From Octopus bimaculoides (lineage: Eukaryota), in assembly GCF_001194135.2 (NCBI RefSeq), contig NC_069005.1:14223573-14287572 (forward strand): DNA of 64,000 nucleotides, read 5' to 3'. Shown one piece after another: positions 1 through 15,059 of this stretch (the first letter of the stretch is position 1; every line of letters starts with the position of its first letter). The notes beneath the pieces were generated by a model. The model ran no database searches and was not told where the DNA came from. It saw only the letters and a program-made list of their open reading frames with translations. A program made the position numbers and the translations under genes.

Positions 1-171
1 GGTGGGTGGATAAGCCGATCACATCGTCTCCAGTGCATGACTGGTACTTAATTTATTGACCCTGAAAGGATGAAAGGCAAAGTCAACCTTGGTGGAACTT
101 GAGCTCAGACAGACGAAATGCTACTTAGCATTCTGCCTGGTGTGCTGATGGTTCCACCAACTTGCCACCTA

Positions 172-203
<32 letters not shown>

Positions 204-1110
204 TTATTATTCTTTCTACTGTAGACACAAGGCCTGAAATTTTGGGGAAGAGTCTAGTTGATTACATTGACCCCAGTACTTGACTATTCCTTAATTTATC
301 AACCATGAAGGGATGACAGGCAAAGTTGACTGTAGTATTTGAACTCCAAGCATGGAGAGTTAGAAGAAATGCTGCTAATCATTTTGTCCAACACACTAAC
401 AATTCTCTGGTTTGCTATAACAATTTTTTTAAAAAATAATTTTCAGATTTTGGCACAAGGCCAGCAATTTTAAAGGGAAGAGGCAAGTAGATTACATTGA
501 TCTCAGTACTTGACTGGTATTTTGTTTTATTAGCTCCAAAAGGATGAAAGATAAAGGTGTCCTCATCAGTATTTGACCTCAGAACATAAAGAGCCAGAAG
601 AAATGACAGTAAGCATGTTGGCCAATATGCTAACAATTCTGCCAGCTCACTGCTAATAATAATAATAATAATAACTCTTTCTAAATTTGGCTCAAGTCTA
701 GTAATTTTGAGAGGAAAGGGACATCTTGACTGGTACTTATTTTATTGATCCCTGAAAAATGCAAGACAAAAATCAACTGTGACAAGATTTGAACTCAGCC
801 GGAAGAAATGTCACTAAGCATTTTCTCCGATGCGCTCACAATTCTGTCAGCTCCCCATCCACTTGCAGCAGCAGCAGTAGTAGTATAATAATGGTTTCAA
901 ATTTTGGCACAGGTTCAGCTGTTTTTGAAGGGAGAAGGAAGTCGATTACATGAAATCCATTACATGACTGGTACTTTTATTTTATCAACCTCGAAAGGAT
1001 GAAACACAGAATCGACCTTGACAGAATTTGAGCTCAGAACATTAAGACAGATGAAATGCTGCTAAGCATTTTGTCCTGCATGCTAATGGTTCTGCCAGTT
1101 CACTGCCTTC
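1..1110 (-). mobile_element. Head-to-tail array of ~5 decayed tRNA-derived SINEs (family A) separated by (AAT)n
   Basis: Repeated reverse complement of GGCAGTGAGCTGGCAGAATCGTTAGCA ... GAGTTCAAAT (A/B-box-like) ... GACTTTGCCTTTCATCCTTTCGGGGTCGATAAAATAAGTACCAG. Confidence 0.85.
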
Positions 1111-1442
1111 AGTAGTAGTAGTAGTAATAATTTGATATGATAAAGTGCCATATGTCTAAAGAAGATCGTTATGTGTGATTGTTTTGTTATTTAGTTTGGT
1201 CTGTATATTCTTATTTTGACCCCCATACAGTATTTCTGACTGGTCATTCTCATAATAGTAGTAATTTGGCACAAAATCAAGTATTTTGGGAAAATATTAT
1301 TCTCATACAACTGAAGTGGGGCAAACTCTGTGTGTGTGTGTGTGTGTGTGTGTGCATGTATGTTATGACTATAGATGTGTGTATACATATTACACACATA
1401 CACACACATGCACAATGTGTGTATTAGTAGTAAATAATGATG

Positions 1443-1473
<31 letters not shown>

Positions 1474-2123
1474 GAATGACAAGCGAGGTTGAAGTGAGAT
1501 AAACTGGTTTCTTTTTAGCCAACTTGCTTGTCTTTCACTGTTTATTCAATAACAGAGCTGTTCACTGCTCTGGATATGTGGAGTTGGCTCTGTTAGAAAT
1601 ACGCACACACATACACCTCTAGCAACTCAGGCCTGCTAAGACACAATAATAATAATAATGATAATAATATAGAATGGTTCTAGTTGAGTAACAGAACTGT
1701 GTTGTTGTTTCTTGCTGAATGCTAGAGTAAGACCAGCATTCTAGTAGTATTAGTTAATACATCAAGTGGAATTTGCTGATATTGCTTGTAGCCAACCAAA
1801 ATAGTACCAGAGTAGGTTTATGACAACATATAGTTTTAGTTTAGGCTGACAGCAGTCTTCTTTCTAATAGCTGGGAAGGAGTATTGCCCTGTTATTTCTC
1901 TGCCAACTTCCACTTTTGTAATTTATGTACTAGCTACACTCCAGAGGCTGGCTGGCTGGCTGGCTGGCTGGCTTGGCTTGCTTGTTTTACTAATTAGTTA
2001 CTCTATAGTTCTTTCTCACTGTCAAGATTGACTCATTAATACACTACACTCTGTTTAGTATACTGATACTAAGCTTAGATGGGTGGATTATCTTAGACAC
2101 ACACACACACACAAGGGATATTA

Positions 2124-2157
<34 letters not shown>

Positions 2158-2539
2158 CTAGGAACCAAATATTTCAATTTTGTTTTTCTTGCAGCTACCC
2201 TTATTGAAATTGATAAAAATAAGTATTAAAATAAATAATTAATTGTAGGGTGCCAATTGAAATATATTTTGCTGTTTATTTTATTCTTCGCTCTGAATTT
2301 AAAACACTGCAACAATTGGCTTTACTATTTTATTTTTGTTCCTCCCCTCCCCAATCATTAAAATACAAATATATACTAGAATAACTTTAATCAACTGTAT
2401 CCACACCCACTACTCTTGATCAATCATATAATTTGTGCCCAAGGAAAGCGAATTGTTTGTGTTGGGGCTGTTAAATACTTTACAAATTTTAATTCTCTCC
2501 CCTAAAATGCTTTATAAATTTTAGCTCTGTTCCCTATAT

Positions 2540-4420
<1,881 letters not shown>

Positions 4421-6734
4421 TGAATTATTAATAATAATAATAATAATAATAATAATTATTATTATTATTATTGTTTTTATTACATCTACTACTTGTGTGT
4501 GGTGAACGACAAAATCATTAGAATGTAAAATGAAATGTCTAAGTCCTAGCTAGCATTGGCAATTTAAATTTGCTTTTGTAACGAATTAGATATATTTGAA
4601 GGTAACTTTTTAATTTCCTGGACCATGTCATAATTCCCCACCCCCCTATCTAAATAAACCTTGTTGACTCAATCTAGTTTTCTTCTTCCTAGGCTGGTAA
4701 ACAAAAACAACCAAGTCTCTGCTTTCACGCAAGCTCACTTCTATCTCTCAATACAGTTTCTGCTACTATGTGCATACTCAATAATATAGTAGCACAGAAT
4801 CAAGCTTTCAGTAGGAAAATATGTTGAAATAAAAAGGGATATATTTGAGTCTGATCAACCCTTAAATTTCAGCTCCAGAAATGCAAACCATTTTAACAAA
4901 TATGAATTAAATTGTTAGATTATATCTTATTCAGACGCTCATGCACACACATAATCTGTGTGTGTGGCAAAAAAAGTCATGCATTTATTTATGTTGAATA
5001 AATATCGATTCGAATTCCTCTCGAAAACATTATTCCTCTTATGTAATAGAAATCTTAAAAACGTGTTCAATAATGTTGTTCTTGTTTGGCTAGAATTGGG
5101 AATGACAAAGCTGTTATTTCATGGGTAATGCTGAACTGTGATTTAAAAAAAACTGTTGTGACAATTCTATATGGCAAGTGCTTTTTTTATACATTTTTTT
5201 CCTAGCTATAGAGGACCGAGTTTAACTGAAGTTAAATTAATTTCACCAGATGTTTACTTAAATCTGTCTTAAAAATTGCCTGCCCCCAAATAGAATTTAA
5301 ATTACGGCTAAATGGGGTTTTTCCTTCCGACACCCTAACTTCAGTTAGTGAATTAAAACAGTGAAATATTTAATAACAATGCAATAACAACAAGAGTTAG
5401 AAAGAACCTTTGGTTGACAAAGTGTGCGTGTGTGCACGTTAGCTCTGTTTAGAAGCAGCCAAACTGATTGGCCTCAATGTATTGATTTTGTTCTGTTCAT
5501 TCACGTCTCTCCTCTTCTTTGATTCTGTCTTACAATCCTCAGGTGTGCTCACAAACTTTTCACTAAGTAGTAGTAGTAATAGTAATAACATTGCAGTTGC
5601 TTAGTAGCAGAAAGTAAACTAATTAAAAACATTGTTCTAGTTTGCTCCAGAACTAGTAGTAGCAAGCAGTCTATGTTTTTGTTTTTCATTTTTGTGATTT
5701 TTTTTGCATTATATTTTTGCATTTACTTTTTTTAAATATATTTTTGCCATCTTGATGTAATTTTATGTTTTAATTTATTTAATTTAATTTCAAAGTATAT
5801 AAAACATAAAGATGTAATAATGATGGCTATTATAATATGTACATAGCTATAACTTTTGCGGTCATTTCTGAATGACTGCTTAGTTCCTAAATGTAGATTT
5901 AAAAGGGAAAAAGCTGTCTGTTATTAAAGCAGATTAATAGGTGGATTAATAGCATTTGTGTGTGTGTGTGTGTATAGACGTGTGTGCACGCGTGCGTGCT
6001 TGTTTTCTAGCTCCATCATATCAGAACTGTTCTCTCTCACTCTACACGCAATCTCCTTTGTGTGGTGGAGGGATTCAGTCACCAGTGTAGTGACATAGTG
6101 AGTGAAGTATTAATTTACACTCACATACCTACTGCAATGATTAGTCTCACTCGATAAAACCCTAGATACTACACTTAAATAAATTAAGGTGATTATAATA
6201 CTGTTAATTATATGAAAATAATAATAATAGTCTGTAAAGGGCTAGGTTTCTTTTTTTTTGTTGTTCCACCCCTCACCTGTCTGCCCATCTGCCTGTCTAT
6301 CTCCTTTCCATATTTTTGTAAAAGCTGTGAAGGTAGAAAAAAAGCAATTCTTTATCCAAGTGACCTGACTGGTCTCAGCTTGTTGATCCAACCTTTGTTT
6401 GAACTGTGGAAGTGCAGAAGGGCTGAGTTCAAAAATAGAGAGAAAACTGGCTATACATTGAAATGTGGACTGCAATAGACTTCCAATTTATTTGGAAGTA
6501 GGATATACCACACATGCACACACTACTAATGTATTCCAAATGTTAACAGATGCTTCATGCTTAACTATTCCTCTAGCAACTTGTTTTTGAATTCAAAATA
6601 TTTACAGTAATAATTTATAAAATCTATTTATTGTAAACATTCCAGTTTTAAACACTAAAGATAGGTTATGTGAAGAAATTGTTGGTTATGCTCATGTATA
6701 GTTAGTAGTAAAGATTCTTTCTCTCTCTCTCTCC

Positions 6735-6805
<71 letters not shown>

Positions 6806-8329
6806 TCAATAATTTTTCTTGGATGTCTTTTTATGTAAATACAAATATAGTATAGGCCCCCTTTCTCCACCCACCTTGAGCTATATATCTTCATGATTTT
6901 TTAAACTAATCTTTCTAAATACAATTAATATACAAACTTCCAAATATTACTTTCCTCTACAGAGAAATTGTTTTGTAAAAATCCATTAATAATTAAGCTG
7001 TTTCTATGCGTGTGTGTAGAGAGAGAGAGAGAGAGAGAGAGAATAGCAGTCTTTCAGACTGCACACACCTAACCTTAACAACCACTTGGTTGTCCTGTGA
7101 GTTGTAACTCTTAAAATTTTACTCCACCACTCCAATTAATTTGATTATCAATAACAATACAGGGTGTCACAGAATTTCGTGGTTGGAAGCCCTGCCTTAG
7201 ATTATAAAATTGTGAAATATACCCTGTATAGAAAAAGAAGGGGACAAAAAAAAAAAAAAAAGAATAGACTTGAGCTTCAGTTTATGTTGATAAATAATGT
7301 AGGTATCTTATGTCTCCTTTCAAAACTGAAGAAGTTGCAAGATGTGGAAATAGCACTGAGTTTTCAATAGAGAATGTAGTTTCTTAGATAAAGCATTAAC
7401 CATAGAAATAGTGTGCAGTCTTGCTTGGTTTGATTGGTTGAGAGCATTGCGTCAGGGATTTTAATGGAATCACTGATCTAATATTGATCTATTCTGTGAA
7501 AGATAAGGAATGAATGTTTTCCACTGAAATGAGAACTGTTGTGATATCTGAGCTGAGATTAAGGGCAATGGTTTCACAGATTGTTATTGTAAGGAAGGCT
7601 GCTGTAGGTAAGTGCAATTTGGAAATAGGAAGAGCGTAATATTGGTCTGCCATCGTGTGAATTATAATTTTCAATACAAGAGCTGCTGATGTAATCAAAA
7701 GATTCTGATCTTTATGCATCCTTGGTGGAAGTTAAAGTAATATAGATTAGAAATTAGAAATTGTATTGAAATGGTAGTGTATGTTGTAAGCCTGCCAACG
7801 AAAGTAAATTGTCTTTTTATGTGTATTCATGTGTTCAGCAATAGATATATGTATTAATGTACAAATATAGGGGGGGGGGGATTTTGGGTGTCTAAACAAA
7901 AACCGTTTTAGTAGTTTCATATGAATTTAAAATAATCTTGTTCCAGCATTTGTACTAATATAAAAAAAAATTGAATACTTTTTCTAGGAAATATTGAAGT
8001 TTCTTAAACTCTGAGAGAAAGTCACAGATTCTTCATAAAGAACTTGTGATAATGGTAATTAAGTTATTGTGAATATCCAGAACATTAACTGTTCTTACAT
8101 GAATATGCCTTTTATTAATTAGCAAGTTAATGTTTGTAGCTCAAATTAAAAGAAAAAAAAATAGATGATTTGTTAACAACTTATCTTGAACATATGAATC
8201 GGGATAGGATTGTATAAGTTGTATTTGGTGGTTGTTGATATTTTGTGGCAGATGTGTATATTGTAGGAATCTTCAAGCTTTGTTTTCTAATCCTCTTTTG
8301 CATTTTATTTCCTTAGCAGTGAGATGAGA

Positions 8330-8945
8330 TGAGGGTTGATGATTTCTCTCGATCCTTTCAATTATAAAGATTGCAGACTGGCAGGATTGTTAGCAAGTCA
8401 GATAAAAGGCTTACCAGCATTGCTTCCTACTTCTTATGTCCTGAATTCAATTATCATCAAGATCAACTTTGCCTTAAGTACTGCGGTCAATGTCATTGAC
8501 TCTCCATTCCTTCTAGAATTGCTGGCCTTGTGCCAAAATTTGAAACAGTTATTAAGGCAGTGAGCCAGCAGAATCATTAGCACTCTGGTCAAAACACTTA
8601 ACAGCATTTCTTCTGTCTTCGTGTTCAGAGTTCAAATTCCACCAAAGTCAACTTTGTCTTTCATCCTCTTGGAGTCGATAAAATAAGAAGCAGCTGAGCA
8701 CTGGGGGTCAGTGTAATCAACTACTCCCCTCTCCCCAAATTTCAGGCTTTGTGCCTACAGTAGAAAGGATTATTATTGTTGCTATTGTGGTGGTGGTGGT
8801 GGTGGCGGTGGTGGCGGCAGCGGCTCAGACAAAATGTTTAGCAGTAATTCTTCCTGCTCTTTACATTCTAGGTTCAGCTACCATGATGGGTCAACTATGT
8901 CTTTCATCTTCAAAATTGCTGGCACTGTGTCATAAGTAGAAAGAA
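8330..8945 (+). mobile_element. Three family A SINE copies or fragments
   Basis: GGCAGTGAGCCAGCAGAATCATTAGCA at 8556; GAGTTCAAATTCC; AACTTTGTCTTTCATCCTCTTGGAGTCGATAAAATAAG. Confidence 0.75.
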
Positions 8946-10029
8946 TTGTTGTTGCTCAGGTTTGAATGTTGGTCAAAATAACAGTATCTTACCCTTTATT
9001 TCCCTAATATAGTGAGTGTTCATTGTATGGCAATACATGGTCATATATTTTCAAAGTATAAAAGGTCTCCATATTAGTGTATGGGGGGATTTGGTTAAGT
9101 TAAAGTGAAGTCAAGCTCTTAAGTTTTCTGGCTAAATAAAATTGTAAATGTCTTTTTCTTTTAAACAGTGCACTTGAATTGCTGTCATATATATTTGAAT
9201 TTTTCTAGTTATTTTTAAGTTCTGTTGATGTTCGGTTGAAACCATTAAAATTATAATTTTGCATCTGCTTTCTATGCTGGCATGGGATAGATGGCCCAGA
9301 AGGTTCCAACAGGTCAGAAGACTATTTTTTAAATTAGTATCTCAGTTTTGGCTTGCAGTCTGCCACTGCACAATTTCTAGCTAAGGCCATGGTAAAATAT
9401 AGTTGGCCAGACTGTCCACCATTAGTATTGAGTCTGGGCCTAACTTCTTAATGACATGTCCAAGCGAGTATTCAATTATTATTGTCTTAGTTCATCATCA
9501 TTTAGTTTACTTTGCCTTGCTTGCATGAGTTTGATGGAGTTTATTGAGGCAGATTTTCTACATCTGGATGCCCTTCTTGTTACCAACGCTCACCTGTTTA
9601 TAAACAATGTAATATTTTCCCATTGCTAGACATGTTTTCTGCAGATGACTCGAAACAATAACGTTCATTTACAACCATCAGGTGATGTCTAGGCAAGGGT
9701 ACACACACACTCACATTCATACATATATATACATACAAGCACATACATACACAAACACACAACAGTGGGCTTCTTTTAGTATCTGTATACCACATCTACT
9801 CAAAGCTTTGCTCATCCCATAGCTTTAATAGAAGACCCAAGATGCCACACAGTGGGACTGAACTTAAGACCACATCATTGGGAAGCCAGCTTCTTAACCA
9901 CATGGCCAAGCATGTCATTGTTATATTTATTATTGAAAACCCAGCACTCAAGCCTACATATTACATATTTTTGCTTCTGAGTGATATGATGCTCCTCGAG
10001 TTTTGTTTTTATTTATAAATTGTTGCTGT

Positions 10030-10064
<35 letters not shown>

Positions 10065-12365
10065 TACATCATCATCATTGTGAACAAATGTCAATCTTAT
10101 TTTAGTGTAGTTTTACCCACTCTGTAATCTCCCCTCTTCCTATCTAGCAGTTGTTTCCATATCAGGCTCAGTTATTGGTCTTGTCAATTTCTACAAACAG
10201 AAGTTAAACACAACCAAAATGTAATGTAAACTAAAACAAGGGTGTCTTGTTTTAAAATATGTCTTTAACTCATCCAGATTTGGAAACATTCAGTTCTGCT
10301 GAAACCTAATGAACAGCTGGAGGATTTAAGGCAATGAGTCATACCTTGATTAGTATTCTCCTCTTGAAAGAAACTGACTTACTCTACAAATATATATATA
10401 TATATATACATANNNNNNNNNNNNNNNNNNNNNNNNNNNNNNNNNNNNNNNNNNNNNNNNNNNNNNNNNNNNNNNNNNNNNNNNNNNNNNNNNNNNNNNN
10501 NNNNNNNNNNNNNNNNNNNNNNNNNNNNNNNNNNNNNNNNNNTACTTCTTTGAAATATAATTTCTAATAAAGACACACTCATTCATTCACCTCAAGAGGT
10601 ATTCTACTAATTTTGTATGTTATGTATTTATGTTTAACAAAAGCAAACAATATAAAGAAAGGCCGTTTAGTATTGTTACAGGCTTGCTGTATAATCATCA
10701 TTGTATATTTATCTTCCTCGTGCTCCTGTTATTGTTAATCACCATATCTTTAAATATTTCCTTGAAGAACCAAATTTTTTTTAATTCACTATTTTGTGAT
10801 GGTCGTGCTTCAATCTAGATGGTGATGGTGATTTTCAACCTTGATGCCTGTGAAATGTAATAAAAAGAAAATGTGTGAATGCATCTGATAACCTAAGGGG
10901 ATTGTTATAAGAGTTAGTGTTTAGTTTAAGTTTATGCTGTTCTATTGATGCTGTATGATACTCATCTTATTGGTGATAATGATGCTTGTTATCTCAGGTA
11001 AATTAAGACAATCTGGTGCCAATATCCTAACAGTTCAGTGGATTGTTGTATGTTGCAATGAATATGAGAATTAAAGACCAATGAGCTTTCAGTTTGAGGT
11101 GTTGGACTCCAATGGTGGCACAAGTTGGAACCTTGCTATAATCGTTGTATCATGCGTCTAGACAAGTAGCATCATCGTCATCATTGTTTAACATCTGTTT
11201 TTTTTAATGCTGGTATGGGTTGGATGATTTGATAGCTGTTGACAAACTGGAGGACTGCACATAGCTCCTATGTTTGCTTTGGTATGGTTTCTAGGGCTGG
11301 ATCCCCTTCCTAATGCAGATTGTACTGGGTGTTTTTTTACACAGAAGCAACACAAGTGAGGTCACAAAGTAACTTCCAAAACAAAATCCCTCAACTGAGA
11401 GCAGGGTGTAGTATTGAGTGGGGTGGCTTTTTGTCAAATGAGGAGAGGTTAAAGTATGACAGAGGGACAGGAACAAGTGTCCCAGGTACTCCAGTTGGAA
11501 ATATCTGTTTAAATGGTTTTGACTAACAGATGGGTAATGGTAGAATATTCAGCTGTAAAAACAAAACTGTTGGTCTGCAGTGCAAAGACTAGCCAAAAGC
11601 ACAACCCAATAACAAATTAGTGGCTGCACTTAGTCCATATCAAGTTCAGATGATCATCATTGTTTGCATCTTTTTAATTTTCAAAATGTTAATAATATAC
11701 CTTAACTCAATACACCACCAGTTCAGTGTGATAATGTATGCACTTTATTTTGGTTACTGGAGCGCTTCAGAATGTACAATATTAACATGTATCGTTAATC
11801 ATTTCAGTGTCTGAATTTCACTTGAGTATGAAGCTACATTGATTAGGAAGCACACAGATTGTTACTTCTAGTACTAAGTTAATACAAAGATATTGTGTGT
11901 GTGCGCATCTGTACGTGCGTGTGATATTAGGAAGAAGAAGAAAAAAAAGCATTTCTTTGAAATTGTAATAGTTTAGATATAGCAAATGTCTGAACCACAC
12001 AAGCAAGCTTATGAAGCCAGATGATTAGTTGTGTTTAACTCTAGTTCCTGCAATGTCTTTTAGATAGGAAGACTATAGAATTGCAGAAACATCTGTTGCA
12101 ACCACTCTTATTTATGGAAACTGTGATATCCTGTTTAAACTCAATGATCATATAAAGACATTGATCTATAATTTTGGAGATATTTCAACCTGTGGGTTTT
12201 CTTAACTACTTGCCTGTGGGAGGTTGAAGGAGTTACTTTTCAGCTAAGTAGCTGTGTAGTTAAGTTCAGAAATGCACCTTATTTCAGTACAAGGTATTTC
12301 AATTTGTCGTTCAACACTTGAACTCTGAACTTCTGCACACAAATGTTTCACTTTACATACAAAAT

Positions 12366-12735
12366 GACTGTGTGGTAAGAGGTTTGCTTCCCAACCACAT
12401 AGTTTTAAGTTCAGTCCCACTATGTGGCACTTTGGGCATGTCTTCTTCTATAGCACCAGGCTGACCAAAGCCTTGTGAGTGGATTTGATAGACAGAAATG
12501 TTAGCACAGCGGGCAAAATGCTTAGCGGTATTTCATCTGCCGCTACGTTCTGAGTTCAAATTCCGCCAAGGTGGACTTTGCATTTCATCCTTTCGGGGTC
12601 GATTAAATAAGTAGCAGTTACACACTGGGGTCAATATAATCGACTTAATCCGTTTGTCTGTCCTTGTTTAGCCCCTCTGTATGTAGCCCCTTGTGGGCAG
12701 TGAAGAAATATGAAACTGAAAGAAGCCTATCATAT
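12366..12735 (+). mobile_element. Family B SINE interrupted by a younger family A SINE (12499-12710)
   Basis: The family B sequence ...GGATTTGATAGACAGAAA breaks off and resumes as GAAACTGAAAGAAGCC after the inserted family A copy. Confidence 0.8.
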
Positions 12736-13190
12736 ATACATGTCTTTGCATAATAGTTGTAAACATGTGTCACCATTCCAATCTTTCGTGGAAATCTGTC
12801 TGGTCAATTGGAAATATTATTTCACTTGGAAGCAGGTAAGGGTTGACGACAAAAGGAGCAACCAATTACATAAAAATCCACCTTGCCAAATTCTGTCTGA
12901 CCTGTTTAAGCACAGAAAAGTGGACATTAAAATGATAATTATAATATGGTAAAGATAAAGTGTTTGCTCAAAAATGTTTCTGGTGAATCCACCATAGCAA
13001 CATAAAGCAACCTTGTTATGTGTGCGAGACAAGAGAAGATAGCTAAAAAAGAAGCCTTTCTGACTTATTAAATGACCACGGGGCACACATTGTTGCTATT
13101 ATTTAGATAAGTAGCAGAATTGATAAATATATCTTTGATAGTTGGGGAATTTAGCAAACTGTAACTAAAAATTGAAGCAAATAATTTAAA

Positions 13191-13400
13191 ACCTTTAGCA
13201 TTCAGATTTCTTTGTCAAATATAACGCTTATTATTCACATTATTTTGAATTAATCATGCATTACCTTGTAGCTTCAAGATATTACTGATGTGTTTTTATA
13301 TTTTTAGAAGGACATTGTAGGGGAGGTTGGATCTGGTAAGTTTTAGCATAAAATACATAGAATATTAGGGTCAGTTTTGGCTGGTTTAAATGCTAAAGGG
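13191..13400. mobile_element. piggyBac-like MITE (~210 bp); further copies at 29563-29765, 29767-29981 and 30529-30737, and a copy at 59858-60465 split by a SINE
   Basis: Termini (TTAA)CCCTTTAGCATT ... AATGCTAAAGGG(TTAA) and a shared core TTATTCACATTGTTTTGAATTAATCATGCATTATCT. TTAA targets with CCC ends are characteristic of piggyBac. Confidence 0.7.
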
Positions 13401-13653
13401 TTAAAGAACCCAATGTGATGAGCCATCCCTCTCCACACAGCTATCTATGTCTGTGGATTACCTCCAGGCATGAAATTTTTTGATAATGAAATATGAAGCA
13501 GCTTGAGATGATATATGCAAAAAGTTTACTCTGTTCCAGATATTGAGTTCTTTTTTGGTTTGTCTGTAAGAGTATTTTGTAAGTAGAAATACTTGCAAAT
13601 ACAATCCTTTGTTCTGATTGGGAAAATAGACAAACAGTCAACACTGTCTAATT

Positions 13654-13992
13654 CAGTGGTTCTCAACCAGGGTCCATATAGCCCCTTAGGGGTCATATAA
13701 GATTTTTAGGAGTCCACACAATAAAATAGTAAATTCAGGATTCAAATAGTATTTTAAGAGCCCCCTAAAAGAAATGTTACATTAGATGTAAGTATTGCAA
13801 GAAACAGCGAAGTTTTTTTTTCACTGTAACATTTTACATAGTTTGACCTATGTGGAAAACAAAAAAATAATTTTGAAAGAAGTTTCTATAAAACTAGTTT
13901 TTAAATATCGCATGACTATGGGGGTCCACCAGAATAAAATAATAATCAAAGGGGTCCATAGATTAAAAAAAAAAAATGGTTGAGAACCCTTA
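13654..13992. mobile_element. hAT (Charlie/Buster-like) MITE, 339 bp
   Basis: TIRs CAGTGGTTCTCAACC ... GGTTGAGAACCCTTA with a perfect 8-bp TSD GTCTAATT at 13646-13653 and 13993-14000. Confidence 0.85.
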
Positions 13993-14998
13993 GTCTAATT
14001 GCAGAGATGTGACCAACCCTTCTTCAACAGACTGATTTCCTGTAATTTCAATTTCAGTGAAAGCACTGAAGTTTGAAGAATTGTAAAAAAAATGTGGATT
14101 GTAAAAGCTATATGCTCAAGCCTCTACAAGTACATTTAGGAGAGGTTTTGAATCTGTGGACCTTTAAAATATTTTTTTAAGTACTTTTTTAAATGATTTT
14201 TTTTCATATAGTGTAGTTTATGTCTTTAGTAACCCTGACTTCATATATTTAATCCCTTTCTTTCTGTGTTTGACAAGGTCTGTAATAACCATATCCTTGC
14301 ATGTCTAAATCCCTTCTGTGACTGATAATATCTACAGTAACCCTGGTTTTGTGCATTTAAATCCCTTTCCACTCTCTGAATATATCTTTCTATGACCACT
14401 GATGTTCATTCTTATAAAGAATACTGGTCTTGTGTTGATGGTGTCTAAGGGTCACTTATTGTGTTGGTTTGTTAGGTAATATATTCATAGAAATAGTATA
14501 TAATAGGGAAGAAAACATTTGGGGAAAATTATACTTTGAATAATCGATGATTTTAATTGGCAAAAGACACATATTCAAGAAATAAAATGGTGCTCTTGAT
14601 TATTTCCAATGTTTTCAACATCAGAAATAACCAACATAGTCAATTACTAAAGTTCGCTAGCAAACATTAATTCTCAAGTTGAGCTAGTAAGGGAGACAAC
14701 TCTAGACGTTTTCGGTTTCTTTGCTTTTATCAGAGGAGCTATTGTTGGCCCTGTAGTAACCTAGTTTATTATACAGAACTGCTTGTAAAGGAAAAGAAAA
14801 AAATTGAATGATCTCAAGAAATGAGATTAATTGATACTTTAATTGGAAAAAGGTGCTATTAATATNNNNNNNNNNNNNNNNNNNNNNNNNNNNNNNNNNN
14901 NNNNNNNNNNNNNNNNNNNNNNNNNNNNNNNNNNNNNNNNNNNNNNNNNNNNNNNNNNNNNNNNNNNNNNNNNNNNNNNNNNNNNNNNNNNNNNNNNN

Positions 14999-15043
<45 letters not shown>

Positions 15044-15059
15044 TTTGTGTAATTACCAT

